A DNA stretch of 64,000 nt from Nitrospirota bacterium (GTDB lineage Bacteria > Nitrospirota > UBA9217): positions 192,001-256,000 of the forward strand of contig CAWJQQ010000002.1 of NCBI GenBank assembly GCA_963845065.1, in the 5' to 3' direction. Position numbers and translations under genes: made by a program. Shown here in pieces: positions 1-11,197 of the stretch. The number at the start of each line of letters is the position of its first letter. Positions within the stretch are counted from its first letter, which is position 1. The notes under the pieces are model-generated. The model had not been told where the DNA came from. It worked only from the letters and a program-made list of their open reading frames with translations, and did no database searches.

Positions 1-259
<259 letters not shown>

Positions 260-309
260 TCATCGTGCTCTGAACGCTGCTGATCGGGATGCGCCCCAGA
301 TGACCGAAC

Positions 310-554
310 TACAGTATTTTTTCGCCGAACTGTATGATGATTCCGCCCCATTGGCATCCATCGATACAATCTTCGTAGCAGCGGGAGTGTCTTCGTTCAA
401 TACGAAGTCGGGGACTATCCGCTAACGATTGCTACAACAATCATAATGATAATAAAATCACTTCCGCGAAGCCACCTGAGAATGACCGCGACATGAGCTT
501 TTCCAGAACTGCCACAGCGATAAAAAAAATCCAGGCTATAGATGCTATCGACAA
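310..554 (-). pseudogene. Decayed duplicate of the YnfA-like membrane protein at 4363-4692
   Basis: Broken frames give MSIASIAWIFFIAVAVLE, LRGSDFIIIM, FVLNEDTPAAT and GGIIIQFG. These match MTMTSVAWFVFIAAAILE, LRGSGIVIIM, FVFKEIIPSAT and GGMIIQFG, with frameshifts and an internal deletion. Confidence 0.8.
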
Positions 555-582
555 CTCTTTGATATTTTCTTTACTTCAAGGT

Positions 583-598
583 AGCAATGCATGTGCCA
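583..598 (-). promoter_or_regulatory. sigma54 -24/-12 promoter
   Basis: Minus strand TGGCAC-ATGCA-TTGCT matches the TGGCAC-N5-TTGC consensus; lies upstream of the pseudogene and P-II. Confidence 0.85.
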
Positions 599-690
599 TC
601 CGTGGCAAGAAAAAGGACCTGCGAAATGTTCAATTTCATTACTCAAATTTTTACAGTAAGCATGCTGCGGGCTTTCCCTTAACTCATGGT

Positions 691-726
691 TGATGAAATT
701 GTGGGCGTATGATTAATCAACGGGCA
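691..726. promoter_or_regulatory. Tandem NtrC-like enhancer sites
   Basis: TGATGAAATTGTGGGCG and TGATTAATCAACGGGCA, 19-bp period, about 106 bp from the -24 box. The same arrangement occurs at 4832-4867 and 10559-10594. Confidence 0.6.
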
Positions 727-801
727 TGAACAAAACGATGCCTGGCTCGGTTCATTCCTATCACTCAAACAAGCACAGGTCCGGCTGACCACTCCCCATG
801 T

Positions 802-2337
802 CTAAAGCCAGGGGGTTCTAGCGGCTGTACCGACAGGCTCTCCGGCAACAATACGAACGTTGCCGGCCTCGACTGTCGTTGATCCGCCTTTAACGGACGA
901 GCAGCTCTGTCTCCGGTTCGTGGTGTTCTCGTGCTTGATACCGAAGCTGGTTGGATGAATTCGACCCTTTGCCGCTTCATGCTGCACCCCCAACACCGCC
1001 CGTTCCAGGAGCAGGTTTGCACCCGGCCAGGCTTTGGCAGCCTGACGCGTGTCGAGGACATCGTTAGAAACATACTTTGCAAGGAATGCGGAATAGAGAT
1101 CACGCTGGGTGCTTACCCCGCAGTTGCAGGCATGCCATCTTTGGGACAATGATTTTTTGGCTACTGTTCCGCAATGGCATGTCTGGGAAAGCTTTGTGCT
1201 CCGGGTAGAAAACTCGGTTACTTTACCGCCAGCGTTTTCGGCTTTGTGGTGAAGCATCGACATAAACATCCCCGGAGCTCGTCGCGAAATACTTTTACCA
1301 TAGAGTTTCTGAAATGCTTTGTACGACAGTTTCTCGGTTTTGATGTCGGTACCGAGAGTGAGGACTTTGTTCACGAGCTTGCCATGAGACCGTTTTCTGG
1401 TTTCAGCAAGGATCCTTTGAAGTTCGGCGAGCTTAGCTTTAAGAACACGGTATTGAACAGAAAAGACCCACTGTTTTTTACCTGTTTTGATGGTTTTGTC
1501 TCCGTTGTAGTTGCCCGGGTTGGTAGCACGAAGGCTTCTGGCCATTTTGCGCTGGACGGTCTTGATACGTTTAAACGGTATCCCGACTTCAGGGCAAAAT
1601 TCGAGTAGTAACGCATCGGTATCACCAACGATGGCAACTGTCGACGGGCCAATGTCAAGGCCGACGGTTTCGGTGCCAATCTGGTTCTCACGCTTGATCT
1701 TGGCCGTGCCTTTAAGCACAAGCTGGGCAAACCAGCGGGGATTGCCGCGGATAGTTTTCTTGACCAGACGAATGTACTTGACATCATGGCTAAGTGCATG
1801 AGCCTGAACACCAAACTTGTCTTTCTTGTCGAAGACACAGTTGAGACGAAGGCCAGTCCACTCCACATGGTCATCGCACCACCGAATACCAGATTTGTTG
1901 TTTTTACCTTCAAGGGACGACATCCAGCCATGGCGCTTGAAACGTGGTTTGCCATGCTTCCCAAACTCGTAGTCAGCGACGGCGCTATATGCTCGAGATG
2001 CTATCTTCTGGGCGGTCAGGCTGTCAATATGCTCACTGATCCAGCAGGAATTGCGGAGGATACCGACGTAGTTATGAAGGTGGTATTCAGTATATTCAGC
2101 CTGGGTTCTGGCTGTCTTAAACATCCTGGTGCGAAGCTTGCTTTTCTTCTTCGTGATCGCCACGAGCCATTTTTCTGATCGCCGCATGGCAGTAAGACGC
2201 TTCATCGCTTCACCAAGGCAGGCATTGTACAGATAACGGCCAGCTTCGAGCCGGGCATCAAGCATTCGATTGTCCTTTGGAGTCACTACGAGTTGAAACT
2301 CGTGGATAAAAGATGGGGTTTTAGGTTTATTCGGCAT
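802..2337 (-). CDS. tnpB: RNA-guided endonuclease TnpB (511 aa)
   Basis: N-terminal LYNACL helix; RuvC residues in GLDIG, TEKL and RDLYSA; CHCG...HACNCG zinc ribbon. The ORF ends inside the right-end hairpin. Confidence 0.93.
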   Translation of the reverse strand: MPNKPKTPSFIHEFQLVVTPKDNRMLDARLEAGRYLYNACLGEAMKRLTAMRRSEKWLVAITKKKSKLRTRMFKTARTQAEYTEYHLHNYVGILRNSCWISEHIDSLTAQKIASRAYSAVADYEFGKHGKPRFKRHGWMSSLEGKNNKSGIRWCDDHVEWTGLRLNCVFDKKDKFGVQAHALSHDVKYIRLVKKTIRGNPRWFAQLVLKGTAKIKRENQIGTETVGLDIGPSTVAIVGDTDALLLEFCPEVGIPFKRIKTVQRKMARSLRATNPGNYNGDKTIKTGKKQWVFSVQYRVLKAKLAELQRILAETRKRSHGKLVNKVLTLGTDIKTEKLSYKAFQKLYGKSISRRAPGMFMSMLHHKAENAGGKVTEFSTRSTKLSQTCHCGTVAKKSLSQRWHACNCGVSTQRDLYSAFLAKYVSNDVLDTRQAAKAWPGANLLLERAVLGVQHEAAKGRIHPTSFGIKHENTTNRRQSCSSVKGGSTTVEAGNVRIVAGEPVGTAARTPWL

Positions 2338-2347
2338 TGGTTGTTTA

Positions 2348-2376
2348 AATATACCACATAGATGTACATTTGTCTA
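2348..2376 (-). promoter_or_regulatory. sigma70-type promoter of tnpB, near-leaderless
   Basis: TAGACA-17 bp-TATATT, 10 nt before the ATG with no Shine-Dalgarno. The same architecture occurs in the remnant at 29220-29248. Confidence 0.6.
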
Positions 2377-2613
2377 CTAATTGCCGAAAAACAAGGTTCC
2401 CGCATTCATCCCCATGGTTAAAACCAGGGGCTTTCTGCGGATAGTTTGGTAAATCCAATGCTTGCGCATTCGTCCCTAAGAAGCTATGGATCAAGGGGCT
2501 ATCCTGGCGTGAGCTTTAAGGTGCTGATTTTCTGAATAGAAGAAGTAAACATGGATATTATAAGAAGCGAGACGGATCAGAACATGACCGGATATTGACG
2601 TATCTACCGCATC

Positions 2614-2649
2614 AAAAGAGAGGCCGGCATGCAATGGTACATGCCGGCC
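2614..2649 (-). terminator. Intrinsic terminator after the P-II gene
   Basis: GGCCGGCATG-loop-CATGCCGGCC stem followed by TCTCTTTT on the minus strand. Confidence 0.65.
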
Positions 2650-2736
2650 CGGGAGGATAGACAGCGATCTCTCAAATCGCCGGGTATCCGCTTTGATGTC
2701 CGTTCATCCGCTGTAAAAATGACGGGGTAAAAAACA

Positions 2737-4346
<1,610 letters not shown>

Positions 4347-4362
4347 AATGTATCCTTTGTTG

Positions 4363-4692
4363 CTACAACAGATTCCCGAACTGAATTATCATTCCGCCAC
4401 AAATGATTACGCACAAGCCTATCCACGTGGCAGACGGAATAATTTCTTTAAACACGAAACGGCCGAATAATATACTGATAATCGCAAATATGGCAACATA
4501 CACCCCTAATAATTTCGAAAAATCCCATTTCACCATGTTGACAACCACGCCGTAGCATCCCAACATGACGAATCCCACCATGATGATGACGATGCCGCTT
4601 CCGCGAAGTCCCTTACGAACGACGGCGTCACCACCAACTTCCAGAATTGCCGCGGCGATGAAAACAAACCATGCTACGGATGTCATCGTCAA
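4363..4692 (-). CDS. Small 4-TM membrane protein, YnfA/SMR-like
   Basis: 109 aa, four hydrophobic segments, AAILEVGG in TM1; AAGGAGG RBS upstream. Confidence 0.7.
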   Translation of the reverse strand: MTMTSVAWFVFIAAAILEVGGDAVVRKGLRGSGIVIIMVGFVMLGCYGVVVNMVKWDFSKLLGVYVAIFAIISILFGRFVFKEIIPSATWIGLCVIICGGMIIQFGNLL

Positions 4693-4721
4693 CCCTCCTT
4701 GATTTGTCTATAATATATGCC

Positions 4722-4737
4722 TGCAATGCCCGTGCCA
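4722..4737 (-). promoter_or_regulatory. sigma54 -24/-12 promoter of the ynfA-like/amtB/glnK operon
   Basis: TGGCAC-GGGCA-TTGCA, a perfect consensus. Confidence 0.9.
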
Positions 4738-4831
4738 CGCTCTACTGAAATAACAGATATGTAAAATGACTAATTTTATTGCTCAAACTTGAACCGTCAA
4801 CATGCATCAGGGCTTTTCTTTATTTCACAAT

Positions 4832-4867
4832 AGATGAAATTGAAGGCATATGATTAATAATTGGGCA
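4832..4867. promoter_or_regulatory. Tandem NtrC-like enhancer sites
   Basis: AGATGAAATTGAAGGCA and TGATTAATAATTGGGCA, 19-bp period, about 108 bp from the -24 box. Confidence 0.6.
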
Positions 4868-5200
4868 TGGATTAATTGATGTTAGCTTTAAAAAAGGACT
4901 GGACGTGCGGATGAAGTCCGGCTGCCCAAGAAGACCATTGATGAACTAAACTCATAACATTCAGCAATCAAAAGGGGAAGAAGTTGTTAGAGAGTCACGC
5001 TGGCGGTATTTTGGTGACATGGCCTGATGGATGTTCGAAGATCAATGGCAAGGCGATCTCGCCCACGAGTAAATCTTTTAAGCGTACCACGCCTACGACC
5101 GGCCACTGCAGGCATCGTTATTGACTGTGAATGGAGGTTCTGTGACAATAGAGTTTTTTTTAGAGCAAAGTGTCTTGACTTAATGGAGGCCGGGGAAGGG

Positions 5201-5250
5201 AACCACTCCCCATGGGTAAAATTAGGGGGTTTTCGCGGAAACTCGGTAAA
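5201..5250 (-). mobile_element. Solo IS605-type hairpin (left-end/right-end hybrid)
   Basis: Minus strand TTTAC|CGAGTTTCCGCGAAAA-CCCCCTAATTTTACCCATGGGGAGTGG. It starts like the left end and finishes like the right end of the element at 785-2448. Confidence 0.6.
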
Positions 5251-5290
5251 AAACTTCTATCTGTCTGGAACTCCGCGCTCTATTAATGCG

Positions 5291-7093
5291 TCAGTGCGCT
5301 GGCCCTCGGTGGATGATTAGCCAGATGACGAGTCCGAAAATAATTATGGGAACCAAGATGCCCAGCGCGATCCAGAGCGTTTTCTTCCACTTATGCCTCC
5401 AGGCTTTTGGCTCGTGAAGCCGATCGCACCTGCCGGTAAGTTGCACGTCAGACGGCTCGTCCAGTTCCGCCTTCATTCCAGCCGCTGTTTGATATCGCTT
5501 CCTCGGATCGCGCTCCATTGCGTGGAGAATGATCTCCTCGATCTGCGGAGAGACTCTGGGATTTCGCTTCCGTGGGGCAATAGGGTCTCCGTCCACGCGA
5601 GCGTTCATGATCACGAGCGGATTGTCGCTCTCACATTGGAATGGCGGCACGCCCACAACCATTTCATAGAGCATTGCGCCTAGACTATAGATATCGGTCC
5701 GTTCGTCCCCGCGCTTGCCTTTGACCTGCTCGGGGGCCATGTAATCGGGCGTACCCACGGCAGGTGTGAATCCGGCAAAGGTCATCCGCCGCCCCCCGGC
5801 CTTGGCAATGCCGAAATCCATGATCCGGATCGTGCCGTCGTTGCAAAGCATGATGTTCTGGGGTTTGAGGTCGCGATGGACCACGCCCTGTTCGTGCATG
5901 TACACAAGCGCTTCACACACGCGGCTGGCAAGCTTGATCGCGTCCTTTTCCGGCATGGGCCGAACGCTGTTCAAGAGGTGCGAAAGCGTGTAGCCGCGGA
6001 GATATTCGGTCACGATGTACGGCCGGGTACGAAGCTCATCAGGCACGGGATAGAATTTCAGGATATAGGGATGGTTCAAGCTGTCGCCCGATCTCCTCCT
6101 CACGCTGGAACCGCGAGTAGAAACCGGGATCGCTCTCAAACTGCATGAGCGGGACCTTCACCGCCACGGTCTGTTTGGTGGTCAGGTCCGTTGCCTTGAA
6201 GATGGTGCGCCATGCCGCTCCGGCTGATGGTTTCGAGAATCTGGAAACGGTTGTCCAGGACTTGTCCCGGCCTAAGCTCGTATCTGGTCGTGGGGTCCGC
6301 CGTTTCCTGGTACATAGCCACACCGCGGTATAACGCAACCTTCTCGACCTCGTTGATTTGCATGACCTGGATCGAGAGATTATCGTCAGTGCCGCGCTGT
6401 TCCGCAAGAGCCACAAGCTGACGGCATGCCTGGGCGGGGGAAAGACGGGATACGATGTCGGCGATTTCGCTGTCCGCGACGTACCGCGTACAACCCGTCG
6501 GAGCACAGCACAACCTTATCGCCTTTGAACACCGTGGCGCTCTCCACGTCCACGCGTACTACAGGTTCATTCCCGACACTCCGGGTCAGGATGCTACGGT
6601 GCTCGCTGGTCTTGGCCTCCTGTTCGGAGATCAGTCCGAACTTCTGCTGCATGCCGGTGTAGTTATGGTCCGTGGAGAGCTGTTTGATCGTTGCCTTCCT
6701 GACAAGATAAACGCGCGAATCGCCCACGTTGCCAACCGTGATCTCATTATTACGCAGCACAACAACAGCGAGGGTCGTGGCCATGCGTGACTTGCCATGG
6801 TTTTCCATGCTCTTGTCATAAACAGCAAGATTGGCCGCGTTGAACATCTGCGTGATGAGCTGCTGCGGGGTATGCTCCCCCGGGGCTTCTCGGAACGTTT
6901 TCAGGGCCGTCTCAACCGCCAGTCGACTAGCCACTTCGCCGCGCTGCATGCCGCCCACGCCGTCGGCCAGGATTGCGACCGCGCCGCGGCTGCGTTTTTC
7001 TTCTAGCGTTTGCGGCTGCCAGGAGCCCACGAAATCCTCGTTATTCTCGCGGGCCGGTCCGGGTGAGGAAAGTTCAGCGTAGATAAGTTCCAT
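5291..7093 (-). CDS. Bifunctional PP2C phosphatase / Hanks Ser/Thr kinase with C-terminal TM helix (about 599 aa once three +1 insertions are removed)
   Basis: PP2C motifs RENNED, ADGVGG, NVGDSR, LCSDG and GTDDN; kinase motifs VAVK, HRDLKPQN, DFG and GTPDYMAPE. Spread over ORFs joined by single extra bases at about 6485, 6207 and 6079. Confidence 0.85.
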
Positions 7094-7140
7094 AAAATCA
7101 CTTTAACATTTTCATCGCAAAATTAAAAGTCTTCACTTTC

Positions 7141-7176
7141 AAAAAAAGGACGGCCACCCCCTGCGAATGGCCGTCC
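7141..7176 (-). terminator. Intrinsic terminator after the APC permease
   Basis: GGACGGCCA-loop-TGGCCGTCC followed by T7 on the minus strand. Confidence 0.8.
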
Positions 7177-7212
7177 CGGCTTACTTTATTGAATCTAGTA
7201 AATCGATGTTGC

Positions 7213-9114
7213 TTATGTATGCGATTCTACTGGCTTGCTTGTGAGCAGGATCTCCTTTCCTTTCGCCTTGCTGGACTTGAGGAAGTACATGGCCCCGTAG
7301 ATGCCCCATATTGCGCAGACGCCCAGGGCGATGTACGGTTCCTTCCAGCTCATGCCCGCGACCGTGAACGGCCCGACCAGGTAGAAGACCATGATGCAAA
7401 GGTTTGCCAGGAGCCCGAGGGCCGGAATAACCACGTGCTTGATCCCGTTGAAGCTGTGGTGCTCCTTGAAGGCCACCATCGCAATCCAGCAGGTTACCAT
7501 GTAGAGCAGGAACGTGCCGAAGTTGCTGACCAGCGTAACGATGAGGAGCGTGTTCGGCAGCTGCAGCATAGGTCGCCGGCTGAGAAGATGCCGAAGCTGT
7601 ACCAGAAGTTGTGTTTGTCCAGGGCTGCCGGGCGTGGTGCCGCCGAGATAAACCGTCACCGTGATGATCCCGATGATCGCCGAGATGCACGGCCAGCGCC
7701 CAGATCGCACGATGGGGCGATGCGTGTCTTGCCGTGCAACATACCGAAGTGGGACGGAACTTCCTCGTCCCTGCCCATGGCATAGGTGACCCGGGCGCCG
7801 GTGCTGAGGCAGGAGAGCGTGGTGCCGATAAGGGCCAGGAACACCGTTGCACGCCTGGACCAGCATGAAGGCCTTGCCTGCTGCATAGCTGCCGAAGAGC
7901 CATGTGCCTGCGATGACCATCATGTCGCCGAGCGGCGCGCCGGAAGCTCCAGCGTTCGACAGGGTGTAGCCGTTATTCAGCATATAGTTTGCCGCGAAAT
8001 ACTCGATCAGGTAGCAGACCGCGCCCTGGATTGCAAGGGAGAGAAGCACGGCCCGGGGAATATCCTTCTTCGGATTCTTCGCCTCATGCGCCATCGAGGT
8101 GACGGACTCGAAACCGACCAGGATCAGAATCGCGATTGCCGCCTGGATAAACATGAAGTTGAACCCGTGCAGACCGATGACAGATGCTGCATTCTTGTGA
8201 TAATTGAATGTCTCTACTCCCTTGTCGTCCTTTGTGATGGCGCCGTCCTTATAGTCGATCGTGAAGGGCGCGGCGAGCTTCGGATCGGTCACCGCCTTGC
8301 CGTCCTTGTCAGCCGGCACGGGATTGCCGTCTTTGTCCTGTGCATCTATCATCACAAAGACCGGTTTTCCGTCCTTGTCCATGGCAGGCTTGTTGTTCGC
8401 ATCCATGACCGGGACTGGATTGCCCTCGTCGTCCTTCTGGACAACTTGGGCTACCTGATAGCTCACCGCCACGCCATTGGACAAATGAAGCCCCGTCGAG
8501 CCCTGTGGATGCTGGACCCGATAGCCGATGGCAATCACAGCGAAAACAAGAAGCGCCGAAATCTGAATGATATTAATCGCGATGTTGACGGCCGTCGTCC
8601 CCGTCACGCCTCGGAATGCGATGTAGGCCACTCCGACCGCGAACACAACGCAGAAGAGAATCATGAACAGCGGGCTGTTATAAGTGCCGCTGAAGGTGTC
8701 CGGGAAGAAAATACTCATCAGATAGCCGCCCAGAATCGCCGTGACGCCGACCATAACCCCGGGATACACCCAGTAATACAGGTGGCTCGCCCAGCCGGTG
8801 ATGAACTTTGCAATGCGGGCGAATTTGTAGGCGTGCGTCTTTGAAAGATACGCCTGCTCAGCGTACAAATACGACGAACCGGGGCCGGGGTACAACTTTG
8901 CCAACTCCGCATAACTGATCGCCGTGGCGAAGCAGAGCAACAGGGCGAAGAAAATACCTGCCCACATGGATATACCGGCCATCGGAGCGCCGTACAATGA
9001 TTGCATTTGAAAAGTCAGCCAGAGGAACGCTCCAGGCGCGATCAGCGCCATTGCGTTCATCGTGAGACCCGTGAGTCCCAATGTTCCCTTGGTTTGTGGT
9101 TGTGCGTTTGCCAT
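7213..9114 (-). CDS. APC-family amino acid/amine permease (with compensating +1 insertions)
   Basis: IAPGAF, SYAELAK.YP..GSSY, GFESVT and EAKNPKKDIPRA motifs; AAAGGAG RBS before ATG 9114. Two out-of-frame patches at 7561-7848. Confidence 0.9.
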   Translation of the reverse strand: MANAQPQTKGTLGLTGLTMNAMALIAPGAFLWLTFQMQSLYGAPMAGISMWAGIFFALLLCFATAISYAELAKLYPGPGSSYLYAEQAYLSKTHAYKFARIAKFITGWASHLYYWVYPGVMVGVTAILGGYLMSIFFPDTFSGTYNSPLFMILFCVVFAVGVAYIAFRGVTGTTAVNIAINIIQISALLVFAVIAIGYRVQHPQGSTGLHLSNGVAVSYQVAQVVQKDDEGNPVPVMDANNKPAMDKDGKPVFVMIDAQDKDGNPVPADKDGKAVTDPKLAAPFTIDYKDGAITKDDKGVETFNYHKNAASVIGLHGFNFMFIQAAIAILILVGFESVTSMAHEAKNPKKDIPRAVLLSLAIQGAVCYLIEYFAANYMLNNGYTLSNAGASGAPLGDMMVIAGTWLFGSYAAGKAFMLVQACNGVPGPYRHHALLPQHRRPGHLCHGQGRGSSVPLRYVARQDTHRPIVRSGRWPCISAIIGIITVTVYLGGTTPGSPGQTQLLVQLRHLLSRRPMLQLPNTLLIVTLVSNFGTFLLYMVTCWIAMVAFKEHHSFNGIKHVVIPALGLLANLCIMVFYLVGPFTVAGMSWKEPYIALGVCAIWGIYGAMYFLKSSKAKGKEILLTSKPVESHT

Positions 9115-9177
9115 ATTGTTCTCCTTTACTTTACGGCGCCTGGCCATACAGGCGCCATTTTTAACACTTTCTCAACT

Positions 9178-10335
9178 TTACCATCTATACATAGCGCCCA
9201 AGGCGATTGTGTCCTGGGACTTCTTCGTTTGATTATCGAAGGACTTCTCGTTAGATGTGTCGTGGCGGTATTCCGGCCGTATGATCAGGCCGCCTGGTAT
9301 CCGGATTTCCGGGGTCACCGTCCATTCGGCCAGACTCTGCTCTGTACCGGTCCTGAATCCCTGTGGGTCGTCGAATGTTTCGCCTCTGAGCGACAGGCTG
9401 TACGTGTCGTTAAAGTCGTACTTCACGATGCCGGCAAAACCCGACCACTTTGCTGTGCCTGAGAGGACGGCGTCTTGTTCGTTTGCGTTATCATAGTTCA
9501 ATATGAATGATAGTTGCTTCAACGGTTTGATCGTGGCGACGAGATCAACCAGTTGCCTGTTATCGTGGTTGTTGTTATCCTGCTCGGGTCCGTACATGTA
9601 GTTGACGTACCCTGAAAAAATGTCCGAAGGTGCATAGCCGATGCTGACGCCTATTGACTTTCCGCTGTTGTTGTCTTCAGCATTGTCCCAACCGTTAACG
9701 ACATACACACTTGCGCTCAGCGCGTCGGTAATACCATAGCTCATTTTGAGGCCCGTATGCGTGAACGGGATCGCATAGTTGAACAGGAACGACCGGGAAT
9801 AGTTCGGGTTGTCGATTGCCTCGATCACTTCAGCGCCGAAATAGGTGACCATTTTCCCAAGGTCGAACCTGAGCCCACTGCCGATCGGCGACATATAGCT
9901 CACATACGCCTCTGTCACGTCGATAGTATCGGTCCCCTCGCCGGACTGGGCCTGGTTTAGAGGCGCGCCGCTCAGGCCCCGTGCATGGATCCACTTTGCC
10001 GTCTCGCCCGAGGAAAGCTTGATTCTGTAGCCGACGTTGCCCGGAGTTGGTGTGTCCTTCGAGATCAGGATCTGGGCAAGATCGAGGGTAAAGCTGTTAG
10101 CATCGTGGTCGAAGACCCTCAAATCGTTTACCGAGTCCTGGGTAGCGCCGTTGCTGGCGTTCCCGTTGTAGGTATAACCGCCCTGAACATAGAAACTTAT
10201 GCCGAGTGCTTTCTTGATGTCATCGGCGCTCACTGCCGTTGCTGCTGGCTTCGCATCGTCTGCAAATACCGGTACTGCCCATGCTGCCATGACCGCAAGC
10301 ATCGCGGTGAACATAAAACCAAGAACCTTTTTCAT
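9178..10335 (-). CDS. Outer-membrane beta-barrel porin (BBP2/OmpL-like)
   Basis: Signal peptide; GAEVIEAIDNPNYSRS.LF..AIPFTHTG motif; RPEYRHD; C-terminal YRW. Confidence 0.85.
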   Translation of the reverse strand: MKKVLGFMFTAMLAVMAAWAVPVFADDAKPAATAVSADDIKKALGISFYVQGGYTYNGNASNGATQDSVNDLRVFDHDANSFTLDLAQILISKDTPTPGNVGYRIKLSSGETAKWIHARGLSGAPLNQAQSGEGTDTIDVTEAYVSYMSPIGSGLRFDLGKMVTYFGAEVIEAIDNPNYSRSFLFNYAIPFTHTGLKMSYGITDALSASVYVVNGWDNAEDNNSGKSIGVSIGYAPSDIFSGYVNYMYGPEQDNNNHDNRQLVDLVATIKPLKQLSFILNYDNANEQDAVLSGTAKWSGFAGIVKYDFNDTYSLSLRGETFDDPQGFRTGTEQSLAEWTVTPEIRIPGGLIIRPEYRHDTSNEKSFDNQTKKSQDTIALGAMYRW

Positions 10336-10445
10336 GCTCCCCTCCTATGTATGTCTATTTATGCCCGCCACCCTATTAACGGGCTTGGTGTCATGTGAAC
10401 GCCATTGAAAATGCCGGCTCGCTATCATGTTCTGATCATGTATTT

Positions 10446-10461
10446 AGCAATGCCCATGCCA
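10446..10461 (-). promoter_or_regulatory. sigma54 -24/-12 promoter of the porin-APC operon
   Basis: TGGCAT-GGGCA-TTGCT. Confidence 0.85.
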
Positions 10462-10558
10462 GGAGCATCTGCGACATCCCGTTTACAACAATATCCTGAT
10501 TTCATAACGATATTTATCTACTGTGATGAAAAATAGAAAAAAATTGACAGTTCAATGA

Positions 10559-10594
10559 GGATGCGATTTTAGGCACACGCTCAGATTTTAGGCA
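10559..10594. promoter_or_regulatory. Tandem NtrC-like enhancer sites
   Basis: GATTTTAGGCA direct repeat at 10565 and 10584 (19-bp period), about 111 bp from the -24 box. Confidence 0.6.
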
Positions 10595-11197
10595 AAGAGC
10601 GGTATAAACTGCAGGCGGCTTTGCAAATTATGATCGAATTTCGAATCAGTGATGTTGACCGTCACAATGAAGTGACGTGAATATTCAGTTATGAAACTTT
10701 TTCTGATGCGAATCGATATGCTTTAGATTGTACTCATACCGAGTATGCAATCAAAGAGGAATACCTGTGGACATAAATCCTCACAATTTCGGAATGTAAT
10801 CGACGAACTATATCCAAACAGCCACGATGGCATCTGGATACAATGCATCGCTGGGGCAAGGTTATCTTAATATGGAGGAATATGGATCTGACGGCGGGCT
10901 GATGCTTTTCGTTGAATGCACGAAACGGTAGGGGATACGACGCATATTGTAAGACCGTACTCAATAGTGATGCCAGGACAGGCTGGGATGCAGTAACACG
11001 AAGGGCGTGATGGCGGCGAAAATATATATATTTGATAGTTTACAGCATATCTGCACGTTGATTTCTTCCGTTGGATCAAATTATGAACATCTAAAGTTTA
11101 CCCCACTGTTCCGGTAATGGGACCCGGGGCTACCTCCGATCGATAACGGCCAGAGCGGAGGTGACTCTCTGCATGCGCCGATAGTATCGTTAAAGCC

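Larger units (their letters stand above)
785..2448 (-). mobile_element. IS200/IS605-family element, tnpB-only (IS1341-like), both ends intact
   Basis: Left end TTAC|CAAACTATCCGCAGAAAG-CCCCTGGTTTTAACCATGGGG; right end GAAC-CCCCTGGCTTTAGACATGGGGAGTGG-TCAG|. No tnpA. Confidence 0.88.

Noticed and set aside
802..2337. Nuclease-dead TnpB (TldR) or Cas12 interpretation
   Set aside because: The RuvC D/E/D residues are present, both transposon ends are intact and there is no array nearby.
5027..5320. 97-aa + strand ORF
   Set aside because: No motif, opposite to its neighbours, and it runs through the IS-derived hairpin.
6039..6513. Separate genes or programmed frameshifting in the kinase region
   Set aside because: No slippery sequences; the breaks are part of a cluster of +1 insertions best explained as sequence error.
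10734..11079. Short minus-strand ORFs in the porin-gspN spacer
   Set aside because: No recognisable motifs or convincing RBS; AT-rich intergenic character.
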